Below are positions 31,974 to 41,741 of a DNA stretch of 64,000 bases, in pieces (the first letter of the stretch is position 1; every line of letters starts with the position of its first letter). The notes under the pieces were generated by a model that searched no databases, was not told the DNA's origin, and saw nothing but the letters and a program-made list of their open reading frames with translations. The translations under genes and the position numbers were made by a program. The DNA comes from Dehalococcoidia bacterium UBA1328 (GTDB lineage: Bacteria; Chloroflexota; Dehalococcoidia; Lucifugimonadales; Lucifugimonadaceae). The stretch spans positions 92,236 to 156,235 of the forward strand of contig DBTA01000037.1 of the NCBI GenBank assembly GCA_002306815.1. The letters are read 5' to 3'.

Positions 31974-33017
31974 TTAGTTCGACTTAGCTAGTTCGCGTCT
32001 GGGGACCGGTCGGAGCAGCAAGGCAACCACGAACACCATATGTACCCACACGAGAGTTGCAAGGCTCAGGTGTCCTGCTCGTGCCCATTCGGAGAACGAT
32101 GTCCAAGGGTTTGCCGCACCCATCAGCATTTGAGCAATGACTATGATCGCGGAGGCAATTGCTACAAATCGTAGTGCACCGGAAATATTAGGCAAACGCC
32201 AAACCTTATGACCGGCGTACAGGACTAGCAAGATCGATACAAATGACAGGAAGCGGTGAATCATATGAATCCATGCGAACGTCGACTGCGGTATGAAATC
32301 ACCACCACACAGCGGCCAGGAAGCACAAATTGCACCTGCTTCACGCCATACTGCATATGATCCCGATAGCAGTGCAACAAGCGTGAACACCGCCGCGAGA
32401 GCGGAAATCTGAAGAGCAGTTCGATGCTCATAGCTAACTCTGCCCCATATCCATGGGGTGCTTCCCATCAGCGTCTTTTCTCGCCCGTAAGTCGCCGCAA
32501 CAAGCACAAGTATTCCTAACAAGGCAACAATTTCGGCAAGGAACAAATGAAGTGTTCTAATTGCAGGGTCGAGATCGTTTAGCACGACGGCTCCGCCGAG
32601 CATGCCGACTATGAAAATGAGAATCAGTTCTGCTGTTGCCAGCCAGGCGACTACTCGGCTCGATCGATATTTGACCCACACGCGAACAACTGCGGCAATG
32701 ATTGCCAGCCCGAGTAGTGTTCCGACAGAACGGTGACCGTATTCGAGAATTACGTTGTGTGGACGTGGTGTGGTGGTTCGTGGGCCATTGTAAAGGCGGT
32801 CGATCGTCGGCTGGTCGAGTGGGGGGAATATCTGCCCAAAGCAAGTTGGCCAGTCGGGACAACCATCACCAGACCCGGTGACGCGGACGACTCCACCAAG
32901 AGTTATTTGCAGGATCACTCCGATAATTGCGATGACGAGGAGTGTAATGAGCAATTTGTCTTTCCAAATTGGAGAGGTTTTGGTGCTCAAGTCGGAGGCG
33001 CTTTCAATTATTTCCAT
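31974..33017 (-). CDS. ctaA: Heme A synthase (COX15/CtaA, Bacillus-type with two Cys pairs)
   Basis: GG.VR.TGSG.GCPDWP.C, EYGHR, second Cys pair C.SWPLC and HMIHR. Adjacent to ctaB. ATG 33017 preferred. Confidence 0.92.
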   Translation of the reverse strand: MEIIESASDLSTKTSPIWKDKLLITLLVIAIIGVILQITLGGVVRVTGSGDGCPDWPTCFGQIFPPLDQPTIDRLYNGPRTTTPRPHNVILEYGHRSVGTLLGLAIIAAVVRVWVKYRSSRVVAWLATAELILIFIVGMLGGAVVLNDLDPAIRTLHLFLAEIVALLGILVLVAATYGREKTLMGSTPWIWGRVSYEHRTALQISALAAVFTLVALLSGSYAVWREAGAICASWPLCGGDFIPQSTFAWIHMIHRFLSFVSILLVLYAGHKVWRLPNISGALRFVAIASAIIVIAQMLMGAANPWTSFSEWARAGHLSLATLVWVHMVFVVALLLRPVPRRELAKSN

Positions 33018-33236
33018 TTGGGTCCAATTTCGATTTAGGAAATGCCTGACGGTTGAGACGGTGAGAAGGGCTGGTCGCCCGTCAACCCGCAACTACGGGT
33101 TAATGATCGCGCAAAATCTGGCGAATTGGCAGTCAGTTTAGAGTCGGCAAACGCTGACAGAAATGAGTTTTGCGTGTCGGATTCTGAGCGATCGTACGGT
33201 GGTGATCAGTCGTAATTGGCACAGAGGACAATTTTG

Positions 33237-34154
33237 TCAAAGCGGTCGATACGCAATTAGCGTGGCGTCTACAACAACTCGTTGGTCATAAACTCGCGGG
33301 GGCCAGCAAGTTACAAGGGTAATTTGCGCATCGTCTGAGTCGGTTAGTTTGAGTTCCGATTGGTGCACCTGGCTGGTTCCAGTAACCCTGTAGATGTACT
33401 CGGCGTCTGTAGTTTCGAGGAACACGTCGACAGGGTCTTGCTTTATCAGCTCAGTGATCTCTGGCAAACGGCGGAATATGTTTCCTTCTCGAGCCGCAAA
33501 ACTTTCGAGATGAGCAAAGAACCATCCGTCCCCTTGCTGGCCAGGAAGCGAAGTTTGGGGGATGTGTCCGACCGTGTTGTCAGGCGTTTCGTACGATCGC
33601 TGCTCACCCAGGTCGATGACTTGCAACTCTTCAACAGTTGAATCGACCGAAATTGAAGGAATCCTGATGCGTGTCGCCGCTTTGGTCGGGTTCACATCAC
33701 TGAAAATGTCGGTTGATCTCACCGGGGTAAATTCTGGCGGAATTGTCGGTCCGCCGTACGGGTCAGATCCTGCCCATTCAGGCTCCGACCAGTATTTAGG
33801 GTTGATCAAATCACCGGGGTACAGATTTGCGAACCGGGTAACGTCGGGAGCGACCACCTCCAACGGAATTGGGTCTCGTCCATCGATGCTCGATATCGAA
33901 GTAGTGGCGGCTGCGCCAACCCCCAGGTGACTCTCTAGTGAATCATCTGGAATCGAATACGTAAACTCTGCTGCGTCCGAGCCAGACCGCGATTTCGAAA
34001 ACAGGTAAAACCCCGAGACTGCAATTAAGGCGATACCGAGAATCGCTGTTCCATACGCGAGAATAGTCAAGACCGAAAATCTTGACTTTGAAGAAGATGT
34101 GATGGCGATTTTGACCAGAGTTTCCTGATCTTTTGCAGGAGGAGGTGTAGCCAT
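33237..34154 (-). CDS. Sortase domain protein
   Basis: N-terminal TM, RIRIPSI.VD, GH...TSLPG..G, AH, ITLVTCWP (catalytic Cys) and R.VV.A. Confidence 0.88.
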   Translation of the reverse strand: MATPPPAKDQETLVKIAITSSSKSRFSVLTILAYGTAILGIALIAVSGFYLFSKSRSGSDAAEFTYSIPDDSLESHLGVGAAATTSISSIDGRDPIPLEVVAPDVTRFANLYPGDLINPKYWSEPEWAGSDPYGGPTIPPEFTPVRSTDIFSDVNPTKAATRIRIPSISVDSTVEELQVIDLGEQRSYETPDNTVGHIPQTSLPGQQGDGWFFAHLESFAAREGNIFRRLPEITELIKQDPVDVFLETTDAEYIYRVTGTSQVHQSELKLTDSDDAQITLVTCWPPRVYDQRVVVDATLIAYRPL

Positions 34155-34203
34155 ACATATTCCGATACGACTAATTCACCCTAGCGGATCAAATGGCTAA
34201 ATT

Positions 34204-34404
34204 CTATCGAACGCGTGCGCCCCGAATAATTGGTTCGTTAAGGTGGATTTCACCGTTTCGAATCTTGAGATTGAATTCGCACTCGGGGTTGGTGCATACC
34301 CAGGCTTTGTAGTGCACAGCCGCGCCTTGAGCCCCGAAATCCGATAGTGGTACCAGTGTGCCGCGCGTGCATTCCATACAAGACGGTAAGTTATTCGAAA
34401 CCAA
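34204..34404 (-). CDS. Small zinc-ribbon-like conserved hypothetical protein
   Basis: 66 aa with CMEC..G.LVPLSDFG..KAWVCTNPEC.FN. GGAGG SD before the TTG start. Confidence 0.7.
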   Translation of the reverse strand: MVSNNLPSCMECTRGTLVPLSDFGAQGAAVHYKAWVCTNPECEFNLKIRNGEIHLNEPIIRGARVR

Positions 34405-34584
34405 TATTTTGACCCTCCAACGGAAGACAAATATGCAATTCCATCCCCCCTGATTTTGGGTTCGCAGAAATTTGTTTTAGAACTAGAATTGTTGAATAGC
34501 CCACATACTAATCCGGATTATGACGAATAGTATTGCCTCGTTGTAGGCAGTTTGACTGACAAGGACCAGTAAATACCGATAAAT

Positions 34585-35643
34585 ATGAATGTATTAGGAA
34601 TAGAAACCAGTTGTGACGAGACTTCGGTCGGTGTGGTTGACGGTGATGGTCGAGTCTTGGCTAATGTTGTTGCTACGCAAGTAGACATTCACGCTCGATA
34701 CGGCGGAATCGTCCCTGAAGTGGCTTCTCGTCAGCACGTCCTTGATATTCGACCTGTGTGCGAGCAGGCAATTGTTGAGGCGGGAATAGATTGGGCCGAT
34801 CTTGACGTCGTATCCGCTACGCACGGTCCGGGGCTGGCTGGTTCACTAATAGTTGGATTGAACTTCGCTAAAGGGCTGGCGGGAGCGTTAGGCGTGCCGC
34901 TTGTTGGTGTGAACCATATGGACGGACACGTGTACGGTGCCTGGGCGCGAACGGTAGATCATGAAACACATGAGTTCCAAGAACTGGTTGGCGAGAAGGC
35001 AATCATGTGTTTGGTCGTTTCCGGTGGGCATACTGAACTTGTACTGCTCGAAGGTCACGGCAAGTTTCGGTTGATTGGTGAAACCCGTGACGACGCTGCC
35101 GGAGAGGCGTTCGATAAGGCTGCCAGAGTCTTGGGTCTTCGATACCCAGGAGGTCCAGAGATCCAGCGCGTTGCAGAAGGAGCGGCGTACACCGAGCCAC
35201 TCCCGCGTGCATGGATGCGTGGATCAGACAATTTTTCTTTTAGCGGATTAAAGACTGCAGTTTTGAATCGGGCTCGATCTCTTGGAATTTACCCACCGGA
35301 CCCGTCAGGCGAATCTGCAGATCCTGAGGTTGTGGCAAGCCTAGCGAAGGCATTTCAGGATTCTGTAATCGATGTACTGGTGACCAAAACAGTCGCTGCC
35401 GCTCAACGTGAAGGTTGCGCCGGTATCGTTCTCGTTGGTGGGGTGGCGGCGAATCGGCCTTTGCGTGAAAATCTTGTCGAAAAATCACCGCTGCCAGTCG
35501 CCATACCGCCGTTTGAGCTTTGCACTGACAACGGGGCAATGATCGCTATGAGTGGGCTTGTAAATTACCGTAACGGTCGGCGTGACGACTGGGACCTCGA
35601 CGTGATTCCAAGTTTGAGGATCGGAACTAGCTCGCTGGTGTAA
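34585..35643 (+). CDS. tsaD: tRNA N6-threonylcarbamoyladenosine transferase subunit
   Basis: LGIETSCDET, GG.VPE.ASR.H, GPGL, VSGGHT, DDA.GEAFDK, FSFSGLKT and CTDN.AMI. Confidence 0.97.
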   Translation: MNVLGIETSCDETSVGVVDGDGRVLANVVATQVDIHARYGGIVPEVASRQHVLDIRPVCEQAIVEAGIDWADLDVVSATHGPGLAGSLIVGLNFAKGLAGALGVPLVGVNHMDGHVYGAWARTVDHETHEFQELVGEKAIMCLVVSGGHTELVLLEGHGKFRLIGETRDDAAGEAFDKAARVLGLRYPGGPEIQRVAEGAAYTEPLPRAWMRGSDNFSFSGLKTAVLNRARSLGIYPPDPSGESADPEVVASLAKAFQDSVIDVLVTKTVAAAQREGCAGIVLVGGVAANRPLRENLVEKSPLPVAIPPFELCTDNGAMIAMSGLVNYRNGRRDDWDLDVIPSLRIGTSSLV

Positions 35644-35696
35644 AGCCGGCGGTTCCTTGTGAGCTATGCAGGCTTAAGGCAATTAATGCGGCAGGG

Positions 35697-36263
35697 TCAG
35701 CTTGAAGGGTAATTTCTGTATGGAGCGCCGATTCGTGAAGGAACCAACCGACGTTTAGCGTCTTCTACCGTTCGAGCGAATCGAATGGCGTTTTCAGATT
35801 TTCCGCCAATTTCACTGCCTAGGAAGCTGCCAACATTGTTGTGGAATTCCAAATGAACTCCAGCGGGTCGAATCCAGTAGTCGGCCATGAGCATGAGCGA
35901 CATCGCCGCCACGGCAATTGCCGTGATCATGCCGACGTTGGAGGTAGGCGTTAGCTGCCAAACCCCGATAGCTGCGAAGAGACCGGCAACTCCCCAGGCA
36001 GCGCTTCTCCTAGCTCGCGGACGCTGAGATATTTGGATCGACGTTACATCGGTCAGGTTCGCCGATGAGTAAACAGAGTTCGAACCCGAGCCGCCCCTGA
36101 AAAGAATGCGGGCGGGCGTAAGTCGAAACTTGCCGTTGTCACCGGTTTCCAGTTCAGCAACAACTCGTTCGCCCGGAAGCAGGCCGGGCGATGATCCGTC
36201 AATTCTGGCGCTAGGTTCTGTGTCGGGTTGAGGCGCGTTCTGCGGGCTTGTTTCAACTGCCAT
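35697..36263 (-). CDS. Hypothetical membrane protein (PH-like domain with two TM helices)
   Basis: LLPGE.VV..LT..RI.F pattern typical of bacterial PH domains, plus a hydrophobic hairpin. Confidence 0.6.
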   Translation of the reverse strand: MAVETSPQNAPQPDTEPSARIDGSSPGLLPGERVVAELETGDNGKFRLTPARILFRGGSGSNSVYSSANLTDVTSIQISQRPRARRSAAWGVAGLFAAIGVWQLTPTSNVGMITAIAVAAMSLMLMADYWIRPAGVHLEFHNNVGSFLGSEIGGKSENAIRFARTVEDAKRRLVPSRIGAPYRNYPSS

Positions 36264-36395
36264 GAGAGTAATCGTATCTGGTAATCAGCAACTTTGTTTG
36301 GAGTTGACCACACATTCTCTGTAGTTCAATCGGCAGCTCAGCTTTTACGAAAATCGTTCCAGGAAAACTCGAGCTTACGACAGTCTAATCGCGAA

Positions 36396-37148
36396 CTACG
36401 AGCCCACTTTGTCACTACTGTGTGCGGCGACGAAAGCCCGAGCCTCACCAAGCATTAGCTCGGCTGCTCCAGTACCCGTTGAGAGATCGCCTCCCGCAGT
36501 TTTACCAGCAGCCCGCGCTCGCTTCTCAATATCGAGAGTTGCAGCAATGCGATCCGGGTGATCAGGTTCGCCCGGGTGACCAAGTGACTGCGCAAAGTCA
36601 TGTGGCCCCCCGGTGACGCCAGTGAGTCCCGGTACGGCAAGAATATCATCGAGGTTGTCCCACGCTTTTTTATCCTCGATCTGTGCAACTACTAGCATGT
36701 TGGCGTTCGACCATTTAGCGAAACCAAGCTTGCCGCCGTACTTTTCGTCGAGAAGTTCCTGGTCGTTGAACTCGGTACCACGACCGCCACCCCATGATCG
36801 TTTTCCATCCGGCGGGAACAGACACGCGTCGGCGAGGGCTTGAGCTTCGGCTCCTGAGTTAATGTGCGGTCCTGTTACGCCTTGGATTCCGCGATCCAAA
36901 TACAGGTTGATCTGGTAAGCGGCATTGTCGGGCACACGGGCGATAACGGACATTCCATAACCGTTGGCAACACGGCAAATGTTGTCAATTGCAGTCTCTG
37001 GAAAATAGCCGTGTTCACCGTCGAGTGAAATAGCGTCGAAGCCGACGTGAGCTGCCATTTCGACAAGGTGAAGCGAGGGGAATGTCAGGGCGAATACGAC
37101 GCCTTTTCTGCCTTCTCGGTTCGCTTTAAGTATAGTGTTTTCGATCAT
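36396..37148 (-). CDS. HpcH/HpaI aldolase family protein
   Basis: GFD.I.LDGEHG, ARVP, LD.G..G...PH, FPP.GKRS, AQIE and GP.D...SLG. Confidence 0.9.
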   Translation of the reverse strand: MIENTILKANREGRKGVVFALTFPSLHLVEMAAHVGFDAISLDGEHGYFPETAIDNICRVANGYGMSVIARVPDNAAYQINLYLDRGIQGVTGPHINSGAEAQALADACLFPPDGKRSWGGGRGTEFNDQELLDEKYGGKLGFAKWSNANMLVVAQIEDKKAWDNLDDILAVPGLTGVTGGPHDFAQSLGHPGEPDHPDRIAATLDIEKRARAAGKTAGGDLSTGTGAAELMLGEARAFVAAHSSDKVGS

Positions 37149-37211
37149 TGATGATTTTCCGTATTGGGCCTTTGATGGACCGATAGTTCGTTGAGGATTG
37201 TCGGCTCGATA

Positions 37212-38369
37212 TTAGATTCCGCGTACCGTTCCTCCCGCTGATGTGACCTTCTCCAGTGGTGGGTGGGCCGCTATTTCTTCCTCGTTTAGTTCCAATCCCA
37301 GTCCGGGTGCGTCGGAAAGTTCGACGTGTCCGTCCTTTTGCCGGGTGAACCCATTCAGAACCGAGAAGTAGTGCTCGGTGTAGAACTCGGCGTGGTACTC
37401 CTGGATTTCGAAGTTTATGATCGAGGCGTCGAGGTGCATTTCCGCCATCGCTCCAACTGGCGAACAAACGTTGTGAGGAGCCATAGTGATGTGTTTTGCT
37501 TCGGCAATAACAGCAATTTTCTTCAGCTCGGTAATACCGCCGGCGTTTGCAATATCCGGTTGCAGTACGTCGACAGCGTGTCTATCGACGATCTCAGCGA
37601 ACGGGAATTTTGTATAGAGTCGTTCACCAGTAGCGATCGGAATGTTTACCTTTTTCCGCACTTCGAGAAGTTCCGAAACTCGTTCTTGAGACACCGGCTC
37701 TTCATAGAAAAGTGGACGGTACTGTTCGAGACGCTTACCTATTTGAACCGCGTTCATTACATCGAACTTGGCGTGGGCTTCGACGAGGATATCGACGTAT
37801 GGCCCTACTGCTTCCCGAACTGTAGCGACTCTTTGTTCGGCGAGCTGGGCTTCTTTGAGAGAAAGCTTGTAGTAGTTGTGCTGCCCGAACGGGTCGAACT
37901 TGAGTGCGGTGTAGCCCATGTCTACTACTGCTTTTGCCTCTTCGGCGTTTTGTCCCGGCGTTCCCGGATTTGTGTACCAGCCGTTGGCGTAAACCCGAAT
38001 GCTTCTTCGATGCGCACCCCCAAGAAGTCGCCACACAGGCTGTTCGAGAATCTTTCCTTTTAGATCCCACATGGCAATGTCGAGACCCGAGAGAGCAGTA
38101 GAAGCGATACGGCCACCCCTTGCCTGGAAATCCTGATAGAGGTTTGTCCAGTGAACCTCGGAATCGAGCGGGTCTTTGCCAACCAAATGCTTGGCAACCA
38201 TTGCTTCGACCATCGCCATTACGAGATCGTCATTCTCCATCGGTGAGGCATCTCCAAGGCCATAGACGTTCGGGTCGTCAGTATTTAGCTTCACCAACAG
38301 CCAATTCCTCTGCGCGTTGTGGTGATTGGCTGAAAATCTACGGAATTCGACGTTGGTAATTGCTGGCAT
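37212..38369 (-). CDS. Enolase-superfamily (mandelate racemase subgroup) acid-sugar dehydratase, galactonate dehydratase-like
   Basis: SGLDIAMWDLKGK, LLGG, YANGW, ALKFDPF, VEAH, EEP, TGER, QPD and APHN. Confidence 0.9.
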   Translation of the reverse strand: MPAITNVEFRRFSANHHNAQRNWLLVKLNTDDPNVYGLGDASPMENDDLVMAMVEAMVAKHLVGKDPLDSEVHWTNLYQDFQARGGRIASTALSGLDIAMWDLKGKILEQPVWRLLGGAHRRSIRVYANGWYTNPGTPGQNAEEAKAVVDMGYTALKFDPFGQHNYYKLSLKEAQLAEQRVATVREAVGPYVDILVEAHAKFDVMNAVQIGKRLEQYRPLFYEEPVSQERVSELLEVRKKVNIPIATGERLYTKFPFAEIVDRHAVDVLQPDIANAGGITELKKIAVIAEAKHITMAPHNVCSPVGAMAEMHLDASIINFEIQEYHAEFYTEHYFSVLNGFTRQKDGHVELSDAPGLGLELNEEEIAAHPPLEKVTSAGGTVRGI

Positions 38370-38577
38370 GTTGGATCGATTATCGTTGCACTCAGACTAT
38401 TTGGTAATTTCGGTATTTATTGATCCTGAATTCAGGTTGCGGCGTGAGTATACGCCCGAATTGCAGGAGAGTAGATTGTTGATCGACTGCGACTGGACTA
38501 CATGAAGAAAATTCGTCGGGCTATGATGCTGGTGAAACGTCGCTCGCCGGTGTTAGATCACGGAAAAGGAAGAAAAC

Positions 38578-39630
38578 TTGGCACGCACATTTCGGCTCTG
38601 GGCACTATCCGACACTCATGTTGGAACCGAAATACAGTTTGGGCGAAGATCGCTTGAAGAGGTAATCCAGCATGCAGAGACGTGGCCGAACGGTTCCGGG
38701 CAATCTGGTGGGTTCGATATTGCTGTCAATCTTGGCGACTTCTCCGGATCGCAGCTACCCCCCGATAACGAGGAAGGTGAGCTGGTCGTTTCGCAATATG
38801 CCTCGGCGAAGCACCATGGTCGCGAGCATTTTTATGACGTGATCGGTAACCACGACGCGTCTGGGGCTGACGAGAAGACGCAGTGGTGGTTCAAGAAGTG
38901 GATTGATCCTACAGGCGAGAGTACTGAGTTTTCGGGTATCGACAATTCGAAACGACCGTATCCGACCACCGGCACGTGGGAACACTATTCTTTCGAAGTC
39001 GGAAACATTGTCTTTTTGATGATGGCTGATCGAAACGACGGTGGGCCACCGATCGGAAGAGGGGAGTTCGGAGGTTATCCTGCTGGCGCGATTTCCGAAG
39101 AAACGTTTCAGTGGTGGACACAAAAAGTAGCTGACAACAAAGACAAGATTGTTATTTCAGCACATCACCACATGATTAAGGAAACCACCGTAGCAAGCGG
39201 GCTGAACGAGGGTTGTGACGAGGGATATCACGGCCGGATGCCTGACGGGGGTGCTCCAGGATCTTCGTTTATTTACTGGGTCGGCGGTCAAAAAGACTCA
39301 GGTCGCATTGAGAATTTTCTTGACCAGAATCAGCCCGCAATAGATCTCTGGTTGGGAGCGCATACTCACACTCATCCTGATGACACGACCGGAGGCAGAA
39401 CACACGTTGAGCAGAAATGGGGAGCTAATTTCGTGAACGTATCGGCGGTAACCCGCTATCACGGTGAGCGGAATTCAATCCCCATGAGCCGTTTGTTTAC
39501 TTTCACAGAGGGATCGGAAGAGGTTCGAGTGCAGTGCTACCTGCACACGGATCAGTACGCCGATCAGGGTTGGTATGAGCCTTCGGAGCGCACCATCAAG
39601 CTTCGCCACAATTTCGAGTTGCCGGTTTGA
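38578..39630 (+). CDS. Calcineurin-like metallophosphoesterase
   Basis: SDTHVG, NLGDF, GNHD, SAHH and GAHTH motifs. Confidence 0.85.
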   Translation: MARTFRLWALSDTHVGTEIQFGRRSLEEVIQHAETWPNGSGQSGGFDIAVNLGDFSGSQLPPDNEEGELVVSQYASAKHHGREHFYDVIGNHDASGADEKTQWWFKKWIDPTGESTEFSGIDNSKRPYPTTGTWEHYSFEVGNIVFLMMADRNDGGPPIGRGEFGGYPAGAISEETFQWWTQKVADNKDKIVISAHHHMIKETTVASGLNEGCDEGYHGRMPDGGAPGSSFIYWVGGQKDSGRIENFLDQNQPAIDLWLGAHTHTHPDDTTGGRTHVEQKWGANFVNVSAVTRYHGERNSIPMSRLFTFTEGSEEVRVQCYLHTDQYADQGWYEPSERTIKLRHNFELPV

Positions 39631-39647
39631 CGACACCACACTGAGCG

Positions 39648-39753
39648 GCCTGCTCTCAACGAGGGAGAGCATTGAGGTGAGGGTGAGCGGGGATGTCTAA
39701 TGAATGGACAATTGTCGGCCTAATCCTGACCTTCTCCCCCGGAGACAAGGGAG
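39648..39753. repeat. Degenerate REP-like palindromes
   Basis: TGCTCTC-AACGAGG-GAGAGCA followed by GAGGTGAGGGTG, and a degenerate inverted partner CCTAATCCTGACCTTCTCCC..GGAG..AAGGG. Confidence 0.45.
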
Positions 39754-39837
39754 TTCGTTCTGTCGGGTGTGATTGTGCTCGGTGCCGACGGGATTTTCTT
39801 CTTCGCTTCGAATCATATTACTTACTGGAAAAACAGC

Positions 39838-40629
39838 ATGACTAAGACCATTCAAGAGCTATTCGATCTAACGGGGCGCACCGCCATCGTGACAGGCGGA
39901 GGAACCCATCTGGGCACTGCTTTTACCGAGGCTCTCTGCGATCTCGGAGCTAAGGTGTACATAGCTTCTCGCCGCGCTGAGTTGTGCGAAAAGGTTGCTG
40001 ACAGACTTCAAGAACGCGGAATGGATGTTATCGGTCTGGGTTGCGACGTCACAAATGAATCTCAAGTAGATGCGTTGGTAGACAGGGTGATGAATGACGA
40101 GGGTCGACTTGATATTGCGATTTGCAATGCAGGTGGCTCTTTTACGACGAGCTATCCACCCGATGGTGACATCGATGAGTTTCGTCGGACCCTTGATGTC
40201 AACCTGACTGGCACCTATATCACTTCTCAGTCGGCTGGCAGAGCTATGATCCCGTCTTATCGAGGATCAATTGTGACGCTTGGATCGATTGCGTCAACTC
40301 TGGCTATGGATACTCGCATTTACAACTCGGAGTTCCAACGCTCTGGACCTCCGTATATCGCGGCGAAAGCAGGTGTACTTAACTTGACCCGAGCGATGGC
40401 AGCGGAGTTCGGTGAATACGGGATTACGGTCAACTGCATTAGCCCAGGTCAGATCCCGATAACCGGCACTAACCGAGATCAGGTAGAAACATTTCGCAAT
40501 ATGATTCCGTTACAACGCACTGGTCTGTCACAGGATCTGAAAGGAACAGTTGCTCTACTGGCTTCCGACGCCGGAGCGTGGATTACGGGTCAAGAATTCC
40601 GTGTCGATGGTGGCTGGTCGATCTGGTAG
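39838..40629 (+). CDS. Short-chain dehydrogenase/reductase (gluconate 5-dehydrogenase-like)
   Basis: LFDLTGR.AIVTGG...LG, NAG, Y.AAK, VN.ISPG and W.TGQ...VDGG. ATG 39838 preferred. Confidence 0.92.
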   Translation: MTKTIQELFDLTGRTAIVTGGGTHLGTAFTEALCDLGAKVYIASRRAELCEKVADRLQERGMDVIGLGCDVTNESQVDALVDRVMNDEGRLDIAICNAGGSFTTSYPPDGDIDEFRRTLDVNLTGTYITSQSAGRAMIPSYRGSIVTLGSIASTLAMDTRIYNSEFQRSGPPYIAAKAGVLNLTRAMAAEFGEYGITVNCISPGQIPITGTNRDQVETFRNMIPLQRTGLSQDLKGTVALLASDAGAWITGQEFRVDGGWSIW

Positions 40630-40632
40630 TGG

Positions 40633-41526
40633 TTAGATCAACTTTGCCTGCTGCATCGCTTTGCGAATGACCTCTCGTTCTTCCGATGATATGGGCTGAT
40701 TGGGCATTCGAGGTGCTCCACCGTCGTATCCCATGAGATCAAGAGCCGCTTTGATCCCCGCTGCTCCACGATCAAGAATCTGGTAGTCGGCTTCAATGCA
40801 GCGATTTTGGATTTCCTGCGCCGTCTTTAGATCGCCGTTCATTACGTTCGAAATTATCTGGTGACACTCCGTTGGCGCAACGTTACCAAACATAAGGCAT
40901 GCGCCATTCGCTCCAATTGCGCTCATTGCCAGCAATAGCAACCCGTTGCCAAGCCAAAACGGTTTATCAGTTGTTACAAACGTTCGAACCCTGGCTTCGA
41001 ACCGAACGTTTCCTGAAGCGATGTAACCGAAAACGTTGTCAATATCGATCAATTCGCCTATTACTTCGGCAGGTGCACCAACGGGTGCGTCACCTCCTGC
41101 GAACTGCCCCGGTGCCATCTGGTGGATTATCACAACGGGTGCTGGGACCCGAGGTACTACTTGTTCGAAGTAGCCCGTTACATCTTTCGCCAGTCGTGGA
41201 ATCCGAATGCGGATCATTTCCGCACCTGTCTCGACTAAATCTTCCGCCATCCGAATCGATTCTGTTACCGATGAAGTGTCGACTCCGCCAACGATGAATT
41301 TTTCGCCGCTCCGCGTCGCGTTCACAGTCCGAACAATTTCTAGCCGTTCAGTTTCGGAAAGAAACTGCTCCTCGCCGTTTTCTGAATTGAGGACGAAACC
41401 AGAAAGCTGAGTTTTCAGCCATTTTTGAACATTACGTTCAATTGCAGCGTGATCGACCTTGTCGTCAGCGGTGAAGGGTGTCGGACTAGGAGCGACGACG
41501 ATCGGGTTAGATGATGGAATTGGCAT
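40633..41526 (-). CDS. Dihydrodipicolinate synthase/N-acetylneuraminate lyase-fold protein with non-canonical active site
   Basis: TPF..D..VD, GE...LS..ER, GANG and GIKAAL...GY..G.PR.P. The Schiff-base Lys position reads GYIAS. Confidence 0.8.
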   Translation of the reverse strand: MPIPSSNPIVVAPSPTPFTADDKVDHAAIERNVQKWLKTQLSGFVLNSENGEEQFLSETERLEIVRTVNATRSGEKFIVGGVDTSSVTESIRMAEDLVETGAEMIRIRIPRLAKDVTGYFEQVVPRVPAPVVIIHQMAPGQFAGGDAPVGAPAEVIGELIDIDNVFGYIASGNVRFEARVRTFVTTDKPFWLGNGLLLLAMSAIGANGACLMFGNVAPTECHQIISNVMNGDLKTAQEIQNRCIEADYQILDRGAAGIKAALDLMGYDGGAPRMPNQPISSEEREVIRKAMQQAKLI

Positions 41527-41687
41527 TTGGTTGAGTCTTGTTTGTTTCGGCGGACGGGAAGATGTTCGAGCGACTTTAGTTATAGGTCAGGACTGCGTGA
41601 AATGAGACTGTGCAGCAATTCGTTCAAGTGCGATTTTGCATAGGTCATAAACCGATTTGTCTCCATTCTGATAGTTGAAATAGAAGT

Positions 41688-41714
41688 AAAAACCCTCGGA
41701 AAGCCGAGGTTTTT
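41688..41714 (-). terminator. Intrinsic terminator (possibly bidirectional)
   Basis: AAAAA-CCCTCGG-AAAG-CCGAGG-TTTTT downstream of the 41742 stop. Confidence 0.7.
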
Positions 41715-41741
41715 GTCATTTTTTAGTTCGATCGTCCGAAA

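Noticed and set aside
37326-38063. 245-aa plus-strand ORF and similar long antisense ORFs (e.g. 58387..58962)
   Set aside because: They lie fully antisense to well-supported genes and have no motifs.
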